Positions 1 to 10,872 of a stretch of DNA of 64,000 nt are shown one piece after another (position 1 is the stretch's first letter; each line of letters begins with the position of its first letter). Under the pieces are notes generated by a model. It did not search any database. It was not told the origin of the DNA and worked only from the letters and a program-made list of their open reading frames with translations. A program made the translations under genes and the position numbers. This stretch comes from Octopus vulgaris (lineage: Eukaryota), in the NCBI GenBank assembly GCA_951406725.2, contig OX597816.1, positions 113,398,001 to 113,462,000 of the forward strand, written 5' to 3'.

Positions 1-925
1 TACAAGCTGGGCTATACTTGTAATTGAAATGGCGAGCCTTGACACTCACTGCGTTTTGTTGATTCTGGTTGAGGCATTATTTTAAGGATACAAATGTCTG
101 GAATTCTGTTATAATTCAGTGAATAGTTGGTATTGTTGATCGAAGATCAGGAACATTCATCGTCCAAAATCAACTGAGTATCCATTAAAAAAAAAACATA
201 AATTAAAAGATAATTGCACAACGATATATTACTTATTAGATATTCAATTTTAGGCAAAAAAAAAAGTGTGAATAGGGGACGGTTCTCCCAAATGTTAAAT
301 CGTTCTTTCTTTTTGCTTAGACTGGAATAAAGTAAAAAAAAAAATGTCGACATTCGATTGAAGCAATTTGTGTTGGAAATCCTTTGATGATAGGGCTGTT
401 CTGATCTACGTAGTCGCTCAACCTGCTGGAAAGAATAGTTGAATAACAACTCACACGCTACCATTTTAAAACGTATGATGTGATTATTTTTATTTGATCA
501 GTTTGCAGGAAAGAACATTGCCCACGACCTACAAGGTTCCTTTAAAAGACCGGTGAGACCGATGTCATTAATGTTTTTGTTGAGCCTCTGTCAGTCAACT
601 CCAGTGGAAAAGGCATGAGCAAAGAAGCTTTCTAGAGGGTCGATATACTAGGAAGGAGTGGACCTAGTAAACAGGAATTTAGGCAAAAATGGCACAAGTG
701 AAAAAAAAAACAGGTAAAAATAGCACAATAAGCTTACTGAAATATACACTTTTGGCCCATAGTCCGTATTTTACCAGTTTCATTCTTTACTTTATGCATA
801 CATACATACACACAGATATATATATATATATATATAGTTAATCCAAACAAGAAAGCACAAAAAACACAACAACGCGTGGACGTGGAACAAATATAGTATT
901 ATTGGACGCTCAGGAAAGTAGGAGG

Positions 926-960
926 GTTTAACGTTTCGAGCGGAGCTCTTCGTCGGAAAC
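926..960 (-). ncRNA. Minimal type I hammerhead-like motif (C4 variant) in a Penelope-type terminal repeat fragment (about 845-1040)
   Basis: Minus strand reads GUUU-CCGACGAA-GAGC(UCC)GCUC-GAAA-CG-UU-AAAC. Stem I GUUU/AAAC, stem II of 4 bp, palindromic AACGUU. Confidence 0.6.
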
Positions 961-1122
961 ATAGGAGAAGGAAAGATCCAGAGAAGGGAAGACACAGGAA
1001 AAAAATCGCCAACGGTACACACGCGGTCACATTTTGAAATATATATATATATATATATATTTGTAAAAAATGAAGTTCGAAAATGCTGCTATATTATACA
1101 ATTTTTAATTTTTATATATACA

Positions 1123-1164
1123 TTATAACATGTTTCAGTTCCTGAAATGAACCTTATCAAAAAA
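1123..1164 (-). ncRNA. Minimal hammerhead-like motif, U3-A8 core
   Basis: Minus strand reads UUUU-UUGAUAA-GGUUC(AUUUCAG)GAACU-GAAA-CAUG-UU-AUAA. Confidence 0.55.
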
Positions 1165-1504
1165 AGTTATATATAAAAAAAGACAGCTCATGCCGTCAAA
1201 CACAAGAAATTCATTTATAATACACAACGGAGTCAGACATCTTAGAGTTCATGTATAGTTGATATATAGTTTGAAGTAAGTTCATTCATGCTATATGTTC
1301 AAAGTGTTCGATGCAGTGGCCCACGGTGGCGATACGTATTCAATACAAAAAACAGATCAAAGTGGTGGAAAGCAGTCAATACAGAAGATTGATGTTTCCG
1401 AAAGAGCGAGGAATTCATTTTTACCTTAAGCAATTGTGATGACCCATGGTGGGTGTTCGCTGGGTGGTTCTAGTGAGTCTTGTGAAGTGCTCGGTTTTAT
1501 AATG

Positions 1505-1850
1505 CCTGTTAGGTGGTCAGTCCAGCGTAGCGTGACGTCATCAATGTTTTGACCAATCGTTTCGTTAGGTGGCTTTAGTCAAGCAGAACGGGACGTCATC
1601 ATCATTTTGACCAATCGCTGCATTATAACTGCCTCTTGTCTGTTTCCTGTTTTGACCAGTCGCTTCGTTAGTCAAGCAGAACGGGACGTCATCCAGATTC
1701 TGCCCAATCACGACTTATAGCTACATTAGATCTGCCCCCTGTCTGTACTTGTTAGGTGACTAGTCAAGCAGAAAAGGACGTCATCAATATTCTGACTAAT
1801 GACTGTCCCCTGTTTGTATTCTGTCCATTCTAGCAGAACTAGACGTCATC
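1505..1850. repeat. Five imperfect tandem units, each with GACGTCATC; four are followed by CCAAT or CTAAT
   Basis: GACGTCA at 1534, 1592, 1685, 1777 and 1842; CCAAT at 1553, 1611, 1704 and CTAAT at 1796; shared gtcaagcagaac and gttaggtg blocks. Confidence 0.8.
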
Positions 1851-1873
1851 ATATATATATAGAATAACAATGT

Positions 1874-2208
1874 GGAGGCGCAATGGTCAAGTGGTTAGGG
1901 TAGCGAACTCGTAGGATCGCAGTTTCGATTCCCAGACCGGGCATTGTGAGTGTTTATTGCGCGAAAATATCTAAAGCTCCACGAGGCTCCGGCAGGGGGT
2001 GGTGGCGAACCCTGCTGTACTCTTTCACCACAACTTTCTCTCACTGTTTCTGTTGTACCTGTATTTCAAAGGGCTAGCCTTGTCACTCTGAATCTCTCTG
2101 AGAACTACGTTGTGGAGTGTTCAGCCACTTGCGCGTTAATTTCACGAACAGGCCGTTCCGTTGATCGGATCAACTGGAACCCTCGTCGTCGTAATCGACG
2201 GAGTGCCA
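1874..2208 (+). mobile_element. tRNA-derived SINE
   Basis: A-box-like TGGTCAAGTGG, B-box-like GTTTCGATTCC, long non-tRNA body and an (ATA)n tail. Confidence 0.7.
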
Positions 2209-2318
2209 CGATAATATAATAATAATAATTTGAAATTTATAGAAAAACAAAAGACGAAGACATGTGTATGAACAACAACCAAGTGTATTAATTTGACGCT
2301 CAGGGAAAATGGAAAAGT

Positions 2319-2354
2319 CTTTTACGTTTCGAGCCTACGCTCTTCAACAGAAAG
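2319..2354 (-). ncRNA. Minimal hammerhead-like motif (U6 variant) in a Penelope-type repeat (about 2235-2380)
   Basis: Minus strand reads CUUU-CUGUUGAA-GAGC(GUAG)GCUC-GAAA-CG-UA-AAAG. Confidence 0.55.
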
Positions 2355-2394
2355 GAATAAAAGAAAATAAATAGAGAGTGAATATATATATATA

Positions 2395-3010
2395 GATAGA
2401 TGTGCTTCAAATAAAAATCTCAAATTCACAACTTGCCCACTTTACAAATTCAGTGACAGCGTAACCTTCACTCAACGCCAAAATAAAGAACTTTATTTCA
2501 TTAGAAAATTCGAACCAAGTTTGAACATCCTGGGCCAGGAACATTAAAACAATACATTGGTCTTCCGAAAAGAAAAATGGAATTCTACCACTACCACGAC
2601 GATCACTACGACTGCTGCTACTATTACTACTACGATCAACAGTCCTCCACTGCTGCTGCTACAACCAATGAGCTGCCGCAACCCCAACCACCACCACCAC
2701 GGTTACTACTACTACGACCAACAGTTACTGTTGCTACTGCCATTTCATCCACTGACCATTCGGACACATAAGACAGCTAAAAACAACCACGTGGATTCTG
2801 TTGAGACCAGTAAGAAACAATTATGAACTTTTTTTTTATTACACTTAACTTTAAATTCACAGCTATTATGCTTACTCCCCACAAAACACCACCACGTGGA
2901 TTCTGTTGAGACCAGTAAGAATTAATTATGAACTTTTTATTACACTTAACTTTTAAAAATATTTTTGATAAGGTTCGTTTTTTCAAGAAGAACCGAAACA
3001 TATAAAATTT
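2395..3010 (+). mobile_element. Penelope-like retroelement 3' end: GIY-YIG C-terminus, simple-repeat UTR, direct repeat and terminal hammerhead motif
   Basis: 2395-2547 translates DRCASNKNLKFTTCPLYKFSDSVTFTQRQNKELYFIRKFEPSLNILGQEH*, which fits the GIY-YIG 'R..KE..FI....P.LN' end. Direct repeat of about 70 bp at 2786-2855 and 2892-2955; HHR-like motif at 2961-3008. Confidence 0.7.
2961..3008 (+). ncRNA. Minimal hammerhead-like motif, U3-A8 core
   Basis: AUUU-UUGAUAA-GGUUC(13 nt)GAACC-GAAA-CAUA-UA-AAAU; perfect 5-bp stem II and 4-bp stem I. Confidence 0.6.
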
Positions 3011-3632
3011 CTCAGAAAATTAAAATTTATCTTATATAGTGGCGTTTTCAAACTTCTTATATATATACACACAGTGTCATATAAACATGTACATACATGT
3101 TTAGGTGTGTATACATTTGGTGAATGCCTTTCTGTATACGCCCATATATATATATATTCACAATGGGGAAGAGAGAGTGTGTGTATGTACATATCTGTGT
3201 GTGTGTGTAGTATATGACGCTATACATTCATATATCCTGATATCTGAATGTAGGTTTGTATATGTATATTTGCATGTATATTTATATATACATAATAAAC
3301 ATATACATACATATGTTTGGGAGTGTGTACAAGTAAAGATTGTAAGCTTGTTTAAGCCGGTGTGTATGTATACATATACAAACTACTATGTAAATACTCT
3401 CTCATTGGTGAGCTACGCAGTCACGAGATCCTGCGATCCATCAAAATCTATATAAATGGTGACTATATGCAAAGTGTCATATAAACATTTACATACATAC
3501 GTAAAAACTTCTTTTGCCAATAGTGTATATTTCAGTAAAGGGAAAGTTCACGAAAAAAAAAACATAAGACGAAGACAGGTGGTGTACAAAACAAACTGAT
3601 GTATTAGTATAACGCTCAGGAATAGAAAAAGT

Positions 3633-3668
3633 CATTTACGTTTCGAACCTATGCTCTTCTACAGAAAG
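3633..3668 (-). ncRNA. Hammerhead-like motif (U6 variant), same family as 2319-2354
   Basis: Minus strand reads CUUU-CUGUAGAA-GAGC(AUAG)GUUC-GAAA-CG-UA-AAUG; flanks 3548-3710 are homologous to 2235-2380. Confidence 0.5.
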
Positions 3669-3859
3669 GGACACAGAAAAAAAAACAAGGAGAGAAAAAA
3701 TGTGTATATATTTCAGTAAGCGTATTGTGCCATTTTTACCTATTTTTTTGCGTGTGCCATCTTTACCTGTGCCTTTATTACCGTTCGCCAGTAAACAGTG
3801 CAGGGCCCTGGTATGTGTGAGGGGCACAAAGGTGATGAGAAGAGGAGAGACGAATGGTT

Positions 3860-4130
3860 CGAGAAGTTGCGTGAGCCCAGTCAGTTCCGAGGATTATATG
3901 TCATTATTATAATAACAATGAAAATTGCAGAGAAGAGATAACACATCTGTGGGGCAGAGACTGAAGCTCGTCTGTCAGTGATTCGATGCTAGTCATATAG
4001 ATGGTTCTCATCTGGATGGAGTTCAGGAAACCTGTGTGTGCTGCTGCAGCAGCACCGTTCCAGATGAGAGCAATACTCCATTGTGGGTTTCACCTGATTT
4101 TTGTTGAGTTTCAATAATTGTTAAGGGTGG
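3860..4130 (-). mobile_element. CR1/L2-group LINE RT C-terminal relic
   Basis: Minus strand translates ...NQVKPTMEYCSH..GAAAA...LNSIQ...LQSLPHRCVISSL..., with frameshifts. Confidence 0.65.
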
Positions 4131-4576
4131 ATGGCTGATACATTCTTTTGGGCCTGAAGATACGCCATGTGTGAAAATGAAAAGATGTGATAGTCATGGC
4201 TGGAACATCTTTAAATAAATGCCAATTCAAGGCTGACCTGGGTTTAAATAACAAAAAACTAATTTTGCTCATAATCATTTAAATTTTAATGTCGCTTAGA
4301 TATAACATCTTACGCTTGAAATATGCTCGCTATTAAATTATCACTATAATCCTGGACTAATATCCAACGTTTTCAAAATATAAGATGGCAATTTAAAAAT
4401 ATATGCATATTTATTTAGAATTCTGTAATTCATTTTCTTAATTTCATCTAGATATAAACGAGTTACTTGAATTCTAGAACTACAAAATATTAAATGTTGA
4501 AATTGACGATTATCTATTTTGAAGTAAAAAAAAAAAATTCATCTGTTTATTTAATTTGTTAGTGTGCATATGTAGG

Positions 4577-4580
<4 letters not shown>

Positions 4581-4647
<67 letters not shown>

Positions 4648-4911
4648 TAGATAGATAGATAGACACACACACACCCACACATATATAGAGAGAGGGAGAT
4701 ATACGAAGAATGTGATTCTGTGTGTATGTATGTATGTACATATGTATATATAATCTTATCCAAAAGTAATTCATTATTTTGCATTATCAAAGAAATGCGC
4801 ATATTATGTATGTATATGCGTATCTCCTCCACCGCCTCTCCCACTCCCTTTCTCTCCTCCCTCCCTCTCCTCCCTCTCTCTCTCCTCCCTCCCTCTCTCC
4901 CTCCATCCCTC

Positions 4912-4997
<86 letters not shown>

Positions 4998-5000
4998 ACA
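4581..5000. repeat. Compound microsatellites (TA)n, (GATA)n, (CT)n/(CCCT)n and (TATC)n
   Basis: Directly visible. Confidence 0.95.
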
Positions 5001-6311
5001 TACGCATAGATAAATTAATGGATATGACCGACGTTTCTGCGTGTGCGCGCGCGCACTGGGATATTTATTTGCATATATATATATATATATATAATATACG
5101 CTCACACACGTATGTATGTATGTATACACATATCTATCCATCTATTTATCTAGCTAATTGAAAAGTAACACAAATACATACGTAAGTACGTATGCAGGCA
5201 TGGATGTATATGCGTGCACGCGTATGTATGCGTGTGAGTCTGTGTATTCTTGTGTTCCTTTTCAGTAAAATGATGTGTGCCATCATTAAAGAAATCTAAA
5301 TAAATTGGATTTTCTTCGACTTTGATATTTATTTATATATTTATGCCTTTTCTCTTACTCACCCCAGTTTATTATTTATTTTTTTAAAATTTCATGTCTT
5401 GTAACTCAGTTACACAAAAAAGGACATATTTAGACATCTCTGTCAATTTTTAGAATTGTATCTGTTTTGCAAATTTTTCTTTTCACTCAATATATATTTT
5501 TCCCCCTTTTTTTACTGTTTAAGTTTTTAATATATTTCAAGTCTGAAAGTATTTTAATGAGATTTCCTTAAACTTCAAGAATTCAATAAATTTTTAGTTT
5601 GTGTATATTCTTTTTCTGTATTTTTTTTTCCTTTCTTGATTTCTTCATCTTTCTGTCCGTTCTTTCAATAAGAATTGTGACATCTCTTCAACATTTTTCT
5701 CAATCGAAGAAATATTACTGGTTTATTACTCCTGTTGTCCTGGAGCAAATAAGGTTTAAAGCATACAACACAAATGAATACTGGTTCTGTGTCTAGTTAT
5801 ACATTGGAATTTATCATGTAGCTGTCTTCATGTCAAAATCCTCAGGGACTTCTTTCTAAATAAAGGTTTGCAAACATACAGAGGAGTTGGTTACACACAA
5901 ACACATGCACCCCTCCCCCCATTTGTGTATATAATTCAAGCATTATGTTTATCGAAAAAATGAGTACTAAATGTTATAGACTATAGAGTTTACAGCAACA
6001 ATACATTTATCTTGCAACTCGAGGTTTCTACTGCTGCAAAATTATACATACATACATGCATGCATGCATACATATATGCATACATACATGCATGCATGTA
6101 GACATGCATGCATACATACATGCATACATACATACATGCATGCATACAAACATGCATACATACATGCATGCATGCATACATACACACATACATATATACA
6201 CGCACGCACGCACATACATAGGGGGAGAATTCACAAAAAAACAAAAGACGACGACAGGTGGTGTCGACAACAAACAGATGTATTAGTTTAACACTTAGGA
6301 AGTGAAAAAGT

Positions 6312-6347
6312 CTTTAACGTTTCGAGCCTACGCTCTTTGACAGAAAG
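6312..6347 (-). ncRNA. Hammerhead-like motif (U6 variant, G8 decayed), same family
   Basis: Minus strand reads CUUU-CUGUCAAA-GAGC(GUAG)GCUC-GAAA-CG-UU-AAAG; flanks 6225-6455 are homologous to the other copies. Confidence 0.5.
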
Positions 6348-6452
6348 GAACACAGACAGAAACAAGGAGAGAAAATAAAGAATGTGTAGTGGCTAGCATT
6401 CTATCATAGCGAATGCCAGACAGAAGGGTCACACAGGAGAGCTAGGAAGAAG

Positions 6453-6487
<35 letters not shown>

Positions 6488-6488
6488 T

Positions 6489-6633
6489 ACAGTGTGTGCC
6501 GCCTGGGGTGACCCTCCCACTTGCTGCCCCTGGACCCCTCAAAAAACATTTTGTCTACAGTAAACCCAAAATGTGGTGCCCCTTTAAAAGTGCCGCCCGG
6601 GGTGGACCACTCCTACCCACCTAGCTACACTAG
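6489..6633. mobile_element. Short GC-rich hAT-type MITE relic
   Basis: Ends in ctagctacactagt (reverse of a CAGTGGCGTAGCTAG-like terminus); internal repeated gtgccgcc(c/t)ggggtg; inserted in (TA)n. Confidence 0.4.
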
Positions 6634-6664
6634 TACATATATTTATACATATATATACACACAG

Positions 6665-6713
<49 letters not shown>

Positions 6714-7324
6714 TACAAAGTATGGGGGTTTAGTTTACAGGTGATCTAAATGATTAGGCACACTAGGTAAGTGCTTAAATAGAGGTACTGCTTACTATGG
6801 ACAAATAATTCCTCGGCATCTCGCTCAAGGATATACCCATTTCATCTCAGAAAACTTTTCTCCGACTATCACAGCAAAACAAATGATTTTATCCGAGGAA
6901 TGAGATGGAGGGCCTTCTTTTACGATAATGACCACAAATAGGATGAAAGCGATGTTAATAAATATAACCTTAGGTCATACCAAAACTCTACTCACAACCT
7001 CCACTTAGATAAATTCGATACTGATATCCTTTTCCCTCTTTGCCTCTGATAACAGAATATCCCATACACAGAGATATCCTAGAGACAGCTGTAAGACTTT
7101 GAATTTTTTCCAATAATAATAATGTATACGACTTGAGATGTTACTCTTGCCTTAACGTTTGTTGTCCTATTTAACAATTATATATGCGTGTGTATGTGTG
7201 TGTGTGTATATACACACACACATATATATATATATATATACACACAAACACACACACACACATATACATATATATATACACACACACACACACACATATA
7301 TATATGTATATATATATACATATA

Positions 7325-7731
7325 TATCAGGTCATCCCATGATTTCTGTCCGATTTTTACTTTTTTAAAATTGAATCAAATTTAATAGTATTTTAGGATG
7401 TCTAATGGAATTAAAAATTGTTTTTATGCATTTGCATACATTTAAACTAATTAAATATTATTTTACAGACTAACAGAATTAAAATTTCTTTGATTAAAAC
7501 CCTTTCTAACATGGAAATATCCAAAGAGCATTTGAGGCACATAATGCTTTTTCAGTACATAAAAGGAAATTCTGCAACCGAAGCGACTCGAAACATTCAC
7601 TCAGTTTATGGGAAAGAATGCTTGAATCAAAGAACTTGCAGAAGATGGTTTGTAAAATTCAGAAGTGGAGATTTCAGCCTTGAAGGTGAAGATTGAACAG
7701 GACGTCCAGTTGAGTTTGGTGATAAGGTCTT
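7325..7731 (+). mobile_element. Mariner transposon 5' relic (Mos1/Hsmar-type HTH)
   Basis: TIR-like start tatcaggtcatccca, then MEISKEHLRHIMLFQYIKGNSATEATRNIHSVYGKECLNQRTCRRWFVKFRSGDFSLEGED*TGRP. Confidence 0.85.
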
Positions 7732-7732
7732 A

Positions 7733-8226
7733 GCAAAGAAAAGCAAGTTTCAAGATGACATGTAATTTGATGCTCATTCAGTTCATGTGGTACCCACTTG
7801 TCTAGTTTCTTTACCTTGCGAATTTATTTCAGATGGCCCAATACAGTTGGAATCGAAAAATCAAACCTTGCTGCTAACTCATGCATAGTTTGAGATGTAT
7901 CTACTTCCACTAGTTTCCAGCTCATCATTATCCACCTTGGTCTCAGTACTACAGGATTGATTTTCAAGAGTAAAGTCACCTGACCGGAACTTCTCAAACC
8001 ATCAACGTACAGTGCATTCATGTACCATATCTTCACCAAATACCTCATTGATGTTTTGAGCTGGAATGCATTGGTTCCATGACAGAACTTATTCATAAAC
8101 AACACAAATTTTTTATCTATCCATGGGTTCACAAAAATTCCTCACAATATAATCAGACACCATGAATTGCATTTTGAAAAGTGATGATGTAACTCTTCAA
8201 TGTTGTAAAACAAAGAATTGTCAGGA
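7733..8226 (-). mobile_element. Mariner transposase relic (second family, homologous to 60815-61447)
   Basis: Minus strand reads ...HELAARFDFSIPTVLGHLK*IRKVKKLDKWVPHELNEHQ, containing the mariner WVPHEL motif. Confidence 0.85.
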
Positions 8227-8630
8227 ATTAAAAGGTTTTTAAGAAATGTAAAGGTGGTTTATGAGATAAAATAAGAAAAGCTGGCAACACATGTAACTCA
8301 GGAGTTATGCTGGCCGGTAGTAAAACAGGACAAGTATAATAATTGAAATGTGGTAGTGGAGGCCATGAGTGAATGAAGAGATGGGAGTTATGGCGTGGGG
8401 AAGATGTAAGAATCTGTTTCAACACATTTTTGCATCAAGAATCTTACAAAGCAAACACAAAAAGCAAAATTATGAACATATAAACTTTGTTTTATAGAGA
8501 CAAATATAAAAATATGTTTTACACTTTGAACTGTTTAAATACTTTTGAAGTTGATGATTTTCATCGTTGTTGCCTTATTTTCATTGTTTTTCAAATATAC
8601 CTTAATTTTTTTTCCTTAATACATTTATAT

Positions 8631-9098
8631 CCCTATGTAACGTGATTTTTGTCGTTGGGTAGCAACAGTTATTTCCTATTTGCTTACCACAAGAAACTAT
8701 GTAAAATGGCTAATATTTCCTCTAAACTTTGCTTTCGTTACTTTTATTCAGACCCCAGTGAATCCCTCTCAATATATTGCTATGATACTCCCTCTCTACA
8801 TCTGCTCATGACCAAAGATGCACATATTGACATGCTCAAGTGGTTAAGATCAAGCAACTAACAAGCAAATTTGTGGTATTGAACAGAATATTTGCTATAA
8901 CAATATTACTGCTTCAGTGCTGAATATGTCTGAAATGTAATGGAAAATAAGTCAGTTTCAAAACATTGATGTTCAGGTCACAAAAGCAAAGTTTGAAGGG
9001 AATAGCAGTCATCTCCTTTGATTTCTAGATAGAAGCAAATAGGAAACAACGCTTACTGAGCAAAAACAAAATGAAGATAAAAATTTTGTTACACAGTG
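8631..9098. mobile_element. Tc1/mariner-type MITE (TIR CACTGTGTAAC), opposite orientation to 23578-24064
   Basis: Termini ccctatgtaac and gttacacagtg-TA; internal sequence is the reverse complement of the 23.6-24.1 kb copy. Confidence 0.7.
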
Positions 9099-9476
9099 TA
9101 ATTGACTATCTCTATTTATTTCTCTACCTTGACCTTCTCCCTTAATTCCTCTCTTTGTCCCCTCTTCCTTTCATTCCTTCTATTTTATTTTATAACTTTT
9201 ATTTCTACCTTACTTTTTACACTTTATTATACAGTTCTGAACTGTTTTGTTTTCATTTTTTTTTGTCTGTCTCTCTCTAACTACTTGTCATTTATTCTTT
9301 CTCCTCTTCCTCTTTCTCTTCCTCCATATTCTTCCCTGTCTCTGATTCTTTCTCTCTCACTGTGTATGTGTGTGTAACATTCGTCACTCATTGTCTGCAA
9401 CCAAGCCAAGTATGTGCACTCATCCTGCATGTTTTATGTTAACTCTCTATAGCATAAGAATTAACTTAAGATGTTT

Positions 9477-9529
<53 letters not shown>

Positions 9530-10189
9530 CCCCTCTTGCACTGTGATGTAAAACATGACAGGAGAAGCCAACCAACCAACCAGCATTTATATTTGGCTAT
9601 CATTTTATATATGTATGCATGTGTGTGTTTGTGTGTGTGCTTACACATTTGTTTTTGTATGTATGTATGTATGTATGTATTTGTATGCATGCATACATAC
9701 ATACATACATACATACATGTATGCATGCATGCATACATGTATGTATGCATGCATACATGTATGTATGTATGTATGCATGCATGCATACAAATACATACAT
9801 ACAAACATACATGTGTGTGTGCATGGAAACAGATTTATATGGATATAATCTACATGCTTATGAAAGTGTATATCTGTATCTGAATAATTACATGTATATA
9901 TGGGCCTATGTATGTTTATGTTTTACATAATGTGTATAAATTTATTCAAATTTACATTTGTCTGTACACACATATATCAGATTCTTTTTACTTCATGTTC
10001 TCAATTTGTTTTCATATCAATCATTTAATTCTTCTTCATAATTATTATTTTTATCTTGTTTATTTTATAAACAATGCACTCTTCTCATCCTTTATACTTA
10101 AACCTCTATTTTTGCATATTCCTTTATGACATGTGTATATTAAAATCCATCTATATTTGCTATTTCTTAATTTAGAATGTAAAGGAAAT

Positions 10190-10354
10190 ATGTCTGTTTC
10201 AAGAAGAAATGGAAGTGGAAATATATTTGGAAGTTCACCTGATATCTATTTTCAACACAAAATAACTGGTGTTACTAAAGAAATCTTGCTTGAATGGTTG
10301 TCCTCTCTTAATGATGAGAATGAAAAGAATATTTCTGATTGTTACCCATCAATG
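10190..10354 (+). CDS. CNTD1: CNTD1 coding exon 1 (MSVSRRNGSGNIFGSSPDIYFQHKITGVTKEILLEWLSSLNDENEKNISDCYPSM)
   Basis: ATG at 10190, 55 codons, phase-0 GT donor at 10355. An upstream tttag acceptor (10171-10175) implies a 5'UTR exon further upstream. 'GVTKEILLEWLSSLNDENEK' resembles human CNTD1 'GVVATETIEDALLHLAQQNEQ' (recalled). Confidence 0.8.
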
Positions 10355-10663
10355 GTATATTTTTTTCCTGTTGTATTATCTTTGAGTATTTTGTTAATTA
10401 TTAGTACTAAGTACTAATCTTAATGTAAATAGGGTTCAGGAAAAAATGGTTGTTTTCCCCAAGACATACTACATGGAAACTAAGTCTTCAAGTCATATCT
10501 CTTGAATCCAATAAGAGCAGTTATGGAACTGAAATAATTAAATGCACATTAATACAGAATAACAATCTTTTGCACATGGTACAATTGTTTATCTTATCAT
10601 CAAGTTCAGCATTACCTAAGCAGGATTACTTGAGTGGTTACTATATCTTCTGTGAGACATAGT

Positions 10664-10700
<37 letters not shown>

Positions 10701-10746
10701 AGTCCCAAAAAGAACAAACACAAAAAAAATAAAAAATTACATTGAT

Positions 10747-10777
<31 letters not shown>

Positions 10778-10872
10778 ATTTATGTATGTATGTGTGTATG
10801 TATGTATGTATATATATGTATATATATATGTATATGAATGTATGCATGTATATATATGTATGTATGTATGTA

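Noticed and set aside
1505-1850. CRISPR-like repeat-spacer array
   Set aside because: Eukaryotic context, degenerate repeats, 'spacers' homologous to each other, and no cas genes.
1874-1945. tRNA-like A/B boxes as a tRNA gene
   Set aside because: No complete cloverleaf, and it continues into a SINE body and tail; the same applies to the other SINE heads.
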